A stretch of 64,000 nucleotides of DNA from Bacteroidota bacterium (lineage in GTDB: Bacteria; Bacteroidota; Bacteroidia; Bacteroidales; Porphyromonadaceae): NCBI GenBank assembly GCA_023396255.1, contig JAEWWU010000018.1, positions 61,899 through 125,898 of the forward strand, given 5' to 3'. The notes beneath the pieces are model-generated. The model was not told where the DNA came from. It saw only the letters and a list, made by a program, of their open reading frames with translations, and searched no databases. Positions 1 through 8,555 of this stretch are shown here, one piece after another (the stretch's first letter is position 1; each line of letters starts with the position of its first letter). Both the position numbers and the translations under genes were made by a program.

Positions 1-374
1 CAAAAGGAGAAGAAAACGGATCGATCATAGGATTGAAAGACTTAACTCTCGACCATTGCTATATAACCTCCCCCAAGAGCGCAACGGTAGAAAATGGAAG
101 TGTTGTTCTCAATGGAACTGTTTGTAAAGAAGAGATTATAATTCAAAAAGATACCGGAATAGCTAACCTCATTCCCGAATCTATCACGATAACAACACAA
201 CCCGGACTCCTCATCCTTCGCAATACTGGGAATAGTTGCAAAACGGTCATCTACAACCTAACGGGAGAAGTTCTACACAAGGATGTTTTGAACGAAGAAC
301 TATCCGTTCCCCTTCCTACCGGTAAATATCTTGTCAAGATCGACGATGCATCCCAAATGGTTATAATCCAATAA
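1..374 (+). CDS. C-terminal fragment of a secreted protein ending in a T9SS C-terminal sorting domain (5' end outside the window)
   Basis: The frame is open from nt 3 to the TAA at 372-374, with no in-frame stop upstream of the listed TTG at 33. The tail TGKYLVKIDDASQMVIIQ matches the terminal strand pattern (G-x-Y/F-h-h-K/R...) shared by five other proteins in this window. Confidence 0.55.
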   Translation, partial: KGEENGSIIGLKDLTLDHCYITSPKSATVENGSVVLNGTVCKEEIIIQKDTGIANLIPESITITTQPGLLILRNTGNSCKTVIYNLTGEVLHKDVLNEELSVPLPTGKYLVKIDDASQMVIIQ

Positions 375-440
375 TAATCGGGAATACTACAAACACAATC
401 GGGAGGCTGTAACCTCCCGATCCAAAAACAAGTCAAAAAA

Positions 441-471
441 AGTCCGGCGAGCTATCTTTTCTCGCCGGACT
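441..471 (-). terminator. Rho-independent terminator for the minus-strand LRR gene
   Basis: An 11-bp perfect stem (agtccggcgag / ctcgccggact) is followed on the minus strand by a T7 run (434-440), 10 nt after the stop at 482. A second hairpin (atcgggagg / cctcccgat) lies at 398-421. Confidence 0.6.
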
Positions 472-481
472 TACTTTATGA

Positions 482-2065
482 TTACTCTGTACAAAGAACC
501 TTCTTTACGCTACCGTTACTCAAACGAACAACATTTACCCCGGGTTGCAAAGATTCTACACGCAACCCATCTGTCGTATAGATGTCTGTGATTGTAGCAT
601 CTTCCCCGTAGAGGACATCTTGTATAGCAAGAGGCGATCCTTCGTAATCAACCCATTCTTCTTTCTCTTTATTGAACTGTCTGGCTACCCAACCGCGTTT
701 TTTTGCAGCAGCAACTTGATCTGTAGTACAAATATTTTGTTCCAAATTCTTAGAATTATCGAAAACTCTAAGCTCACTCATCTTTTGGTTAGCTGCCAAA
801 TTGGGCAAAGAGGCAATCATTTTATCCATCTGTTCATTCTTAATTCTATTCATAGAACAAATGAGATAATCCAAATTAAGACAAGCAGTCAAGTCCAAAG
901 CTGTCAATTGATTATGGTTGCATAGCAACGACCTCAAATTTCCATTTTTGGACACATCCAACGTAGTCAATTGATTTTCAGAGCAATCCAAATCGGACAA
1001 AAGTGCATTTTGGGTAACATCGAGAGAAGTCAGTCGGTTTTGAGAACAAGTAAAGACAGTAAGGGTCGGACACTTGGTAACATCAAGAGCTGTAAGAAGA
1101 TTTTCCGAGCAATCCAAATCGATAATATCCCCCTTGATGACCACACGGCCATCAACGGATTCCAAGACATACATACCGGGCTCACTCTGAGCCAAAGCTC
1201 CTTCTACAACGAAGTTCCCTTTGGCTTTAATCACCAATTCGATGGTTTCTCCTTTTTTCTTGGCGGTGGTTATGGTTACAATTCCAGCATTTTCAGCTAC
1301 TTTCCCATCTTTATAAGCGACCCATTTTTGAGCATTCGAATCGTAACACTCCACTGCCCATCCAAGTTTTTGAGCAGCGATAACCTGTTCTTTATCACAA
1401 ACATTCTTTTCTTTTTCAGATCCGCCCAAAACTCTAAAGACACCCGCCTTATCCTCTTGTGTTCTATCGGGCAAAGAAGCAATAAGAGAGTTCATTTCCT
1501 TCCCCGATATTTGGTTAAAAGAGCACTCCACCTGAGAGAGTTTCTTGTTCTTTGACAAATCCAACAGAGAAAGTTGGTTATCAGAACAATACAATCCTGT
1601 CAAGCGACTATTTCCCGACAAATTCAAAGAGGAGATACGGTTGCCCGAACAATTCAAAACAGTCAGTTCCGGATTATGGGACAAGTCCAAACTCTCAAGA
1701 CTATTGTTCTTACAATTGAGCAAACTTAACTTGGGTGCTTTTGAGGTATTCAATGTCAAAAGTTGGTTATCCTCACAGAAAAGCTCTGTAACTTCTCCTT
1801 TTATAAGGATCAAACCATTATCTCCCGTAAGAGTGTACTCCTCACCACCCTTAAGAGTTGCCCCCTCCACAGAAAACGAGCCATTGCTGGAAGCAATTGA
1901 TAATTTGATACTTTCGCCCTTCTTTTTCGCGGTGGTCATAGATACCAGAGAAAGAGGTGAGGCATCAACCTCTGACGCCTCTGCCGTGCCTCCCACAAAG
2001 GTGGCAAACGACATAATGGTTACTAATGCAACAAAAACACTCAAATAATTCTTAATTTTTATCAT
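482..2065 (-). CDS. Leucine-rich repeat surface protein with signal peptide, two tandem LRR modules and a T9SS CTD
   Basis: Has an N-terminal hydrophobic signal (VFVALVTIMSFATFVGG) and repeated LxxLxCxxNxLxxLD/N units. The C-terminal about 50 aa (..GVNVVRLSNGSVKKVLCTE) look CTD-like. Confidence 0.85.
   Translation of the reverse strand: MIKIKNYLSVFVALVTIMSFATFVGGTAEASEVDASPLSLVSMTTAKKKGESIKLSIASSNGSFSVEGATLKGGEEYTLTGDNGLILIKGEVTELFCEDNQLLTLNTSKAPKLSLLNCKNNSLESLDLSHNPELTVLNCSGNRISSLNLSGNSRLTGLYCSDNQLSLLDLSKNKKLSQVECSFNQISGKEMNSLIASLPDRTQEDKAGVFRVLGGSEKEKNVCDKEQVIAAQKLGWAVECYDSNAQKWVAYKDGKVAENAGIVTITTAKKKGETIELVIKAKGNFVVEGALAQSEPGMYVLESVDGRVVIKGDIIDLDCSENLLTALDVTKCPTLTVFTCSQNRLTSLDVTQNALLSDLDCSENQLTTLDVSKNGNLRSLLCNHNQLTALDLTACLNLDYLICSMNRIKNEQMDKMIASLPNLAANQKMSELRVFDNSKNLEQNICTTDQVAAAKKRGWVARQFNKEKEEWVDYEGSPLAIQDVLYGEDATITDIYTTDGLRVESLQPGVNVVRLSNGSVKKVLCTE
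638..1270 (-). repeat. Internal protein-level tandem duplication, unit 2 (aa 266-476 of the LRR protein)
   Basis: [53 protein letters not shown] is collinear with unit 1. Confidence 0.8.
1307..1936 (-). repeat. Internal protein-level tandem duplication, unit 1 (aa 44-253 of the LRR protein)
   Basis: TTAKKKGESIKL..EVTELFCEDNQL..NSLIASLPD..AAQKLGWAVECYD..WVAYKDG is collinear with unit 2. Confidence 0.8.
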
Positions 2066-2132
2066 AAATCTTTATTCAATTAGAAATACTATTCTATCAT
2101 TTTATGCAGACACATATCCCTATACCTAAGTA

Positions 2133-2140
2133 CAAATGTA
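2133..2140 (-). promoter_or_regulatory. Bacteroidetes -7 promoter box (TACATTTG on the minus strand)
   Basis: Perfect TAnnTTTG, 68 nt upstream of the ATG at 2065. Confidence 0.45.
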
Positions 2141-2324
2141 GCATACTTTGTTTATAAAACAAGTCGCCAAAAGAAATGTTCACCCCACAAGCAATGTGTA
2201 AGTATGTTACGATAGAATGTTGTAAAACTGTCGAATAGCAAACACAGACCGAGTAGCCCTCCTCTCTTTTGAAGAAGGTTGCATTGCAAAATCAGCCAAG
2301 AGGCATCTTCCGAGTATAGAAACT

Positions 2325-2693
2325 TTATTTGAGAAAAACGAAGTAGACTGCCAATATAAGACAACCAAAAGCCACAAAATGGTTCCACTGCAAAGCTGTT
2401 CCCTTAAAAAGCACAACCGAAAAAAAGGCAAAAACAATCAAGCTTACAGCCTCTTGAATAACCTTCAGCTGCACCAAAGAAAAAGGTCCGCCCTGCTCTA
2501 CAAATCCCATTCTATTGGCAGGAATCATAAAACAATACTCCGCCAGTGCAATACCCCACGAAAAGAGAATCACAGCATATAAGGGCCAATGGGTGGAAAT
2601 CTTCAACTCATCCAACTTAAGATGACCATACCACGCAAAAGTCATAAACACATTGGAAACGAGCAACAGCAAAATAGTATAAAGACCTCTCAT
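2325..2693 (-). CDS. Small DMT-superfamily membrane protein (DUF486-like)
   Basis: 122 aa with four hydrophobic segments. The sequence MRGLYTILLL..FAWYGHLK..SLVQLKVIQE resembles the conserved DMT/DUF486 family, recalled from memory. Confidence 0.7.
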   Translation of the reverse strand: MRGLYTILLLLVSNVFMTFAWYGHLKLDELKISTHWPLYAVILFSWGIALAEYCFMIPANRMGFVEQGGPFSLVQLKVIQEAVSLIVFAFFSVVLFKGTALQWNHFVAFGCLILAVYFVFLK

Positions 2694-2803
2694 ACTTACT
2701 TATTGAAAATTTTTATGGATATCAGATGGGGTTCGGCAAAGCCGGATAATCTCTTCTTATAAACCGAAAAGGACAAGGCACAAACCGAACCTCCTCCCCT
2801 ATT

Positions 2804-3994
2804 TTAGCAAAGTGGCAAAATAATACGGATAGTAGTACCCACGTTGATTTCCGATTCTTTCACAAAAATCCTTCCCTTCATTATCTGTACCACAATGCGT
2901 TTGGCGAGAGAAAGCCCCAATCCCCATCCCCGTTTTTTGGTTGTAAACCCAGGCGAGAATATACGCTTGCGATTCCTTTTGGGAATTCCTCGACCATTGT
3001 CGGTTATATCTATGCAACACTTTTTTCGACGCACAAAACAGTGCACCTCTATGGTACCCTCTCCCAGAGGTAGAGCATCCACGGCATTTTTGACTACATT
3101 CTCTACCACCCACTCAAATAAAGGCTCGGACAACAATACCATAGGAGGCGTGGAGTAGGAACTCCGAAAACGAACCGAAACCTTAGACGAAAAACGCTTC
3201 TGCAAATAGTCCAGCGAAGACAACAGTAGTCTCTCGACATCCACAAGATGCAGCGAAGGTTTAGAACCCACCTTCTGAAATCTATCGGCAATTTGAGCCA
3301 AACGAGAAATATCTTTGCGCATTTCCTGCGTTGTTCCACCATCCGCCACCATAGCGGGATTCAACTCGATAAGTTCTACCCAAGCCGATAACGAAGAGAT
3401 GGGAGTTCCCAACTGATGTGCCGTTTCTCTGCTCAAACCCTCCCATATTCTATTCTGCTCACTCCGCCTTATTGCCCTTATTGCGACAAAGAGAATCAAC
3501 AAATACAAAGCAAAAATGGCGGTTTGCAAGTAAGGGAAGAGCAACAACTTATGCAACGTACTACTTGCCGAATAGTAGAGATATTGCTTTCCTCCGGAAA
3601 GGGACACATTGATTACAATAGGCGGATAACCCTTTTTGAAATTCTTGAGCATACGAGCCAAGTATTCCCTACTCCCCGTTGCTTGGTATTTGTCGGGGAT
3701 GGATATATTCTTAACCGAAACAATGGAATCTCTCTCTGTCGCCAGAATAACCGGAATAGTTTTATTAGATTCTATAATATGCAACATTACGTTGTATGGC
3801 TCCAAGACATCTTCACTCGCCAGGCCTTCTACGGCTTTTGCCCAAGTTTCGATGCGCAGATGCTCTTCGGCTACCATTCGCTCCATCAATTGTTCCGACA
3901 AATACAAGGGTACCACGGCGGCAATCAGAGCCACAACAGTTAGCAACACATTGAGGTATAGTGAATTTAGTCTTCTATACTTTTTGCTCTTCAT
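2804..3994 (-). CDS. Membrane sensor histidine kinase (orphan, no adjacent response regulator)
   Basis: H-box ETAHQLGTPISSL, N-box VVKNAVDA, and G-boxes DNGRGI and GWGLGLSLAKRIV, with two TM segments. I prefer the ATG at 3994 (MKSKKYRRL) over the upstream start at 4096. Confidence 0.85.
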   Translation of the reverse strand: MKSKKYRRLNSLYLNVLLTVVALIAAVVPLYLSEQLMERMVAEEHLRIETWAKAVEGLASEDVLEPYNVMLHIIESNKTIPVILATERDSIVSVKNISIPDKYQATGSREYLARMLKNFKKGYPPIVINVSLSGGKQYLYYSASSTLHKLLLFPYLQTAIFALYLLILFVAIRAIRRSEQNRIWEGLSRETAHQLGTPISSLSAWVELIELNPAMVADGGTTQEMRKDISRLAQIADRFQKVGSKPSLHLVDVERLLLSSLDYLQKRFSSKVSVRFRSSYSTPPMVLLSEPLFEWVVENVVKNAVDALPLGEGTIEVHCFVRRKKCCIDITDNGRGIPKRNRKRIFSPGFTTKKRGWGLGLSLAKRIVVQIMKGRIFVKESEINVGTTIRIILPLC

Positions 3995-4149
3995 AGTGTT
4001 GTCAAAGGTACGGAAAAAGCAAAAAAATATTCGAATGGAGACAAACAAAGCGGTGCGTTTCAACTTTTCATCGAAACGCACCGCCCCTAACAACAACTCT
4101 TTGTAAGATCATCCTCCCACAAAGCGTTGAACTATTCCGGTTGGCCCTA

Positions 4150-5340
4150 TTACTTGATTACCCCTAGCTCTTTACCAACTTTGATAAAGGCAGCAATACA
4201 CTTATCCAAATGTTCGCGGTTGTGAGCTGCAGAAAGCTGTACTCGGATGCGTGCTTCTCCTTTGGGCACAACAGGATAATAGAATCCGGTCACATAGATA
4301 CCCTCTTCGAGCATACGGGCAGCATACTTTTGTGATAGGGGAGCATCATAGAGCATAACGGCGCAAATAGCACTTTGAGTGGGTTTAATGTCAAATCCGG
4401 CAGCCAACATCTTGGTGCGGAAATACTCTACGTTCTCCATCAAACGAGTGTGCAATTCATCAGACTCTTCCAACATCTTGAAGACTTCCAACCCGGCACC
4501 TACCACGGCAGGGGGTAAAGAGTTAGAGAACAAGTACGGACGAGAACGCTGGCGCAACATAGCAATCACTTCTTTGGGCCCCGTCGTAAAGCCTCCAACG
4601 GCACCACCAAAGGCCTTGCCCAAAGTGCCGGTATGGATATCTATACGATCGAAGCAATCAAATTGCTCAGCCACTCCGCGTCCGGTAGCACCCACTACAC
4701 CGGCAGAGTGACATTCGTCTACCATTACCATAGCATCATACTTTTCTGCCAAGGCACAGATCTTATCCATAGGAGCCACGTTACCGTCCATAGAGAAAAC
4801 TCCGTCCGTTACGATAATGCGATGACGCTGTGCCTGCGCTTCTTGAAGACATTTTTCCAACTCTTCCATATTGGCATTGGCATAACGATAGCGTTTAGCT
4901 TTGCACAAACGAACCCCATCAATAATGGATGCGTGGTTGAGGGCGTCACTGATAATGGCATCTTCTTCGGTAAAGAGAGGTTCAAAAACTCCCCCATTGG
5001 CATCGAAGCAAGCAGCATAAAGGATGGCATCTTCTTTATGAAAGTAGCGAGCAATGGCCTGCTCCAACTGTTTGTGAATATCTTGAGTTCCACAAATAAA
5101 ACGTACGGAGCTCATTCCGTAGCCGTGGCTGTCCATTGCGGCTTTGGCAGCTTTTATCAAGCGAGGATTGTCGGATAACCCCAAATAGTTATTGGCACAG
5201 AAGTTAAGAACTTCCTGTCCCTGATTCACCTTAATATCCGCAGTTTGCGGAGTAATAATAATGCGCTCCTCTTTGTAAAGCCCGGCTTGACGAATGTTTT
5301 CCAATTCATCTGCCAAGAATTGCTTAATCCCTTTGTACAT
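4150..5340 (-). CDS. kbl: Glycine C-acetyltransferase (2-amino-3-ketobutyrate CoA ligase)
   Basis: Long stretches are near-identical to E. coli Kbl as I remember it (AIISDALNHASIIDGVRLCKAKRYRYAN, RPYLFSNSLPPAVV, YPVVPKGEARIRVQLSAAH). The PLP lysine sits in the TLGKAFGG context. Confidence 0.9.
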   Translation of the reverse strand: MYKGIKQFLADELENIRQAGLYKEERIIITPQTADIKVNQGQEVLNFCANNYLGLSDNPRLIKAAKAAMDSHGYGMSSVRFICGTQDIHKQLEQAIARYFHKEDAILYAACFDANGGVFEPLFTEEDAIISDALNHASIIDGVRLCKAKRYRYANANMEELEKCLQEAQAQRHRIIVTDGVFSMDGNVAPMDKICALAEKYDAMVMVDECHSAGVVGATGRGVAEQFDCFDRIDIHTGTLGKAFGGAVGGFTTGPKEVIAMLRQRSRPYLFSNSLPPAVVGAGLEVFKMLEESDELHTRLMENVEYFRTKMLAAGFDIKPTQSAICAVMLYDAPLSQKYAARMLEEGIYVTGFYYPVVPKGEARIRVQLSAAHNREHLDKCIAAFIKVGKELGVIK

Positions 5341-5373
5341 ATGATTATTTTTTGATTGATTGATGTTTCTATT

Positions 5374-5802
5374 TCACTTGTCGTCTCCCTCGGCCTGAGG
5401 CTCCTCTTGGGGTCTGAAAGCAGTGATGCCGGAAACGACCAAAAGGTTGTACCACTTGATCAACTTTTTGATATCCGTAATATAAACTCGTTCTCTATCA
5501 TAAGAGGGCAATATCTCTGCCATAAGAGCCGAGTACGCAGCATCATCTTTAAGAGAGGCGAGGTCTACCTCCGCAGTTCCTTTCAGAGCCGATAGGCTTT
5601 CCAAAACTTCGTATAGAGGTATGTCCTCCTCGTTGGTAAATATCGAAATATCTCCCAAAGAAACCACTCTATCGGAGGCATATACGGGCATACGACGTTT
5701 ATTCTTGGGGTCTAAGGCTTCTACGATAAGGCTGTTTTTGGTACGGCTAACCAAACGAAACAAGCCGGGTTTACCGGATACGGATAAAATTTCTTTGAGC
5801 AT
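5374..5802 (-). CDS. Conserved Bacteroidetes hypothetical protein (DUF5606-like)
   Basis: 142 aa, MLKEILSVSGKPGLFRLVSRTKNSLIVEAL... The family assignment is from memory. It lies 33 nt upstream of kbl on the same strand. Confidence 0.55.
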   Translation of the reverse strand: MLKEILSVSGKPGLFRLVSRTKNSLIVEALDPKNKRRMPVYASDRVVSLGDISIFTNEEDIPLYEVLESLSALKGTAEVDLASLKDDAAYSALMAEILPSYDRERVYITDIKKLIKWYNLLVVSGITAFRPQEEPQAEGDDK

Positions 5803-5909
5803 AAGCTAATTATAGTTCGTTAGTATAAGGTAAAGGGGCATCGGGTCTTGCTTTAAGGCTCGGACAATCCCAATGTTTCTTGCTTAGGATTTTGCCACTT
5901 ATCACGATG

Positions 5910-5917
5910 CAAAGATA
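5910..5917 (-). promoter_or_regulatory. -7 promoter box (TATCTTTG on the minus strand)
   Basis: Perfect TAnnTTTG, about 108 nt upstream of the ATG at 5802. Confidence 0.4.
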
Positions 5918-5967
5918 AAGTACTCATCGCTCTCTTACAAACCCTCTTTTGGGCTCTCCACAAACAA

Positions 5968-6000
5968 TCTCCCCGAACACCTTTTTAGCATTCGGGGAGA
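5968..6000 (-). terminator. Terminator hairpin after the TonB-receptor operon
   Basis: A 10-bp perfect stem (tctccccgaa / ttcggggaga) is followed on the minus strand by ttgtttg. It lies 38 nt after the stop at 6038. Confidence 0.55.
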
Positions 6001-6037
6001 CTCAATTCGGGAAAACGTTGTCTATAGAACCTAAAGA

Positions 6038-8491
6038 CTAACGAATAATCACCTTATGAATTTCTTGTCCACAAGTCAAGACATATTTTCCGGGAGTAAG
6101 GGATATTTCTTGCTCTCCGATAACATCTGATCGATAGATAAGCTGTCCGTTTATGTCAAAGACACAGACCTGTTGAGGACGGGTTGTGGCTACAACCACG
6201 GAAGAAGCCGAGACAGTAATAAATATAGGTTTGCTTGTAATATGTTCTACCGCCACCCTCTCGGCTGGGGTTCCTTGAATCTCTATACGGTGTACAACTT
6301 TTCCGGAGACAAGTTTGATGACAGCCTTTTCTGCTGTTGCCAACGGATAAGTTGCAGGAGCATAAGTCACGGTAATTGTACCACCTTCCTTGGGTAAGAT
6401 AGATTCTTTTACGGCAAAGGACTTACTTCCTTCTACGGTCACTGAAATCTCTCCGGTAAGCCCTTTGGCTGTTATTACAAATTCTTTGTCTTTTTTCTGA
6501 TCTACCGGCACCGTTCCGTAATCATACGTTGCAACGTCAGATGTAAGACTTCCCGATGGATTGGCCATTCCGGAAAGAAGAATCTCTTCCTTGTAAATTC
6601 CGTGCCGGATGATCAGCTTAGCTTTTAGCTCCGTTGGCTCCGTTGTACCTTTAGGACTGACGAACTTCACTATCACTTTTCCTCCATCTTTGGATAGCTT
6701 GGTGGTTTCCGTGGAGAATGCAGAAGCTCCCTCGATACTGATGCTCAACTCCTGAGTAAGATTTCGGGTATCAATTTGAATTTCTTTGGACACCACATCT
6801 CCAACGGCAACATTCCCAAACCTAATTTCTTTGTTCTGAAGAATGATTGAGGGGAGAAGCAACTCTCTGGCAACCCACAACGAGGCCCAGCCCTTTTTCT
6901 CTGCGGGGGTTATGGTCAATTTATCTTCGCCTTCGAGAGGAATCCCTCCTCCGGTCATCCCCTGCAAACGAGCAGCCATAACAATGCGCCCCTCTACTAT
7001 GGCACTACCGAAAAGTGTGGCAGAGGGTTCCGAAGCAACGTAATTTTTAGAAGACCCTATTTTCATCCCTGCATCAAACTCTTCGTAACGTGTTCCTTTG
7101 AACAATTCGTAATAGCTCACAAATACTTTTCCGTTTACAGTATGGATCCCCAAGACATTAGAAATATTTTTTTCTTTATTTACATAGCCACATCCTTCTC
7201 GAAGATTGCCCTGCCTATCAAAAGCCAAAGCGTAGGCTGTATGTTTTTTTGCAGGTTGCTCTATAACCCATTCTCCTTTGGTGTTTTTTATGCCACCCTG
7301 CATACGCCCCCCGAAGTAGAAGTTTTCGGCATCCGCTTCAAAGGCCTGGATAAAGCACAAGACTGAGTTTCCGCCGATCGCCTCTACTTTATAAGTTTTG
7401 CTCCATTCGGGAGTCAATCCAAGGTCGGTGCAGAGGATTCCTATGCGAATACCTTCTGCGGCATCAACCTCAATGGTGCCAAACTTTATTTTTTTTGCTC
7501 CTTCTCCCTTAAGAGAGTAAGCGACGTAAAGCTTATCGCTATCTACTATGAGCTTTTCTGCGACAGATTGAGTAATAACATCCCCCATCTCTTGCAAAAA
7601 AGCCAACACTTTCCCTTGAGGATCCAATTTGATAACAAAGAAGTCTCCCACCGATTTTTGGGGGTCTCCGGTCCAACCCTTTACATTCTTGGCCTTGTAG
7701 GTTTTCCCATCTATCGTTATTTCGCTGCAAAAGTTCCCCGCCAAGTAGATATTCCCGTCCTTGTCAGTCGCGACACTTTTGGATCTTATTGCCGATGGGG
7801 TTCCCCACGCATAATGGGAAGAGGGAGCTTCTGCAGGAGCGTGCGATGCTTCTATTTTTTTATGTAAAACAATTTTACCCGAAGCATCGACCCGAAGCAA
7901 CACGGTTACATCCTTACGATGTCCTTGGTTATCTTTATCTACCACGACAGAACCCAATTCCACATCATAGTTTTTTCCATCAGGCTGAACAAATCGCAAT
8001 AGATCTCCATCATCCTCCTTACTGACTTGAGATCCTCTGCACGTAAAATAGACAAGAAAACCGCCATCCGGCGTTGGGACCATATGGTCATAATTGGAGT
8101 AAATATCGGAACGGGTAGAGTATAACTGCCACAACATTTTTCCCTGTGGGGTCACTTTATAAAAAGCCAAATTACTGGTTCCCGTGGCTGAGTTTTTCTT
8201 TGCCACATCTCCCGTCGAAGTCGTTGTTTGGTTCTCCGCACCAACGGTAAGAGTCATACTAATCTTCTCCTCTCTGGTAAACGTTTTGGTGTACGAAGTC
8301 AAAATGAGATTACCATCTGAAGTTGTAATAACCGTTCCCGGTAAGTTTTGAGGTTGTTTTCCCTCAAGGGTTACAGTTGTCTCCCCTAAACCGTGCCACA
8401 GATACTTGTTGGCCACAGGCTTTGCATCTTGCCCCCAAAGGGTTACGCCCCCCAAGAGGATCAAGAGAAATAGTAAATTGATTTTTTTCAT
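6038..8491 (-). CDS. Large secreted protein with signal peptide and T9SS CTD (function unknown)
   Basis: MKKINLLFLLILLGGVTLWGQDA signal (ATG at 8491; alternatives at 8497 and 8545). The C-terminus ..LTPGKYVLTCGQEIHKVIIR is CTD-like. It sits 10 nt downstream of the preceding gene. Confidence 0.75.
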   Translation of the reverse strand: MKKINLLFLLILLGGVTLWGQDAKPVANKYLWHGLGETTVTLEGKQPQNLPGTVITTSDGNLILTSYTKTFTREEKISMTLTVGAENQTTTSTGDVAKKNSATGTSNLAFYKVTPQGKMLWQLYSTRSDIYSNYDHMVPTPDGGFLVYFTCRGSQVSKEDDGDLLRFVQPDGKNYDVELGSVVVDKDNQGHRKDVTVLLRVDASGKIVLHKKIEASHAPAEAPSSHYAWGTPSAIRSKSVATDKDGNIYLAGNFCSEITIDGKTYKAKNVKGWTGDPQKSVGDFFVIKLDPQGKVLAFLQEMGDVITQSVAEKLIVDSDKLYVAYSLKGEGAKKIKFGTIEVDAAEGIRIGILCTDLGLTPEWSKTYKVEAIGGNSVLCFIQAFEADAENFYFGGRMQGGIKNTKGEWVIEQPAKKHTAYALAFDRQGNLREGCGYVNKEKNISNVLGIHTVNGKVFVSYYELFKGTRYEEFDAGMKIGSSKNYVASEPSATLFGSAIVEGRIVMAARLQGMTGGGIPLEGEDKLTITPAEKKGWASLWVARELLLPSIILQNKEIRFGNVAVGDVVSKEIQIDTRNLTQELSISIEGASAFSTETTKLSKDGGKVIVKFVSPKGTTEPTELKAKLIIRHGIYKEEILLSGMANPSGSLTSDVATYDYGTVPVDQKKDKEFVITAKGLTGEISVTVEGSKSFAVKESILPKEGGTITVTYAPATYPLATAEKAVIKLVSGKVVHRIEIQGTPAERVAVEHITSKPIFITVSASSVVVATTRPQQVCVFDINGQLIYRSDVIGEQEISLTPGKYVLTCGQEIHKVIIR

Positions 8492-8555
8492 TTGCATTAT
8501 TATTAAAGAGTAAATAAACTTTGCGTAAAATCTCTCACATTTCACATTCGTTCCT

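Noticed and set aside
4150-5340. Whether this alpha-oxoamine synthase is the Bacteroidales serine palmitoyltransferase (sphingolipid synthesis) rather than Kbl.
   Set aside because: Long blocks are almost identical to E. coli Kbl as I recall it, which fits a true Kbl ortholog better than the more divergent SPT. No tdh gene is adjacent, so a phylogenetic placement would still be worthwhile.
7489-7496. T8 homopolymer (A8 on the coding strand) inside the 817-aa T9SS cargo gene, with A7 at its start codon region (8482-8488), as potential slipped-strand phase-variation tracts.
   Set aside because: Tracts of 7-8 nt encoding Lys-Lys are common in an AT-leaning genome. The frame is intact and there is no evidence of length variation from a single sequence.
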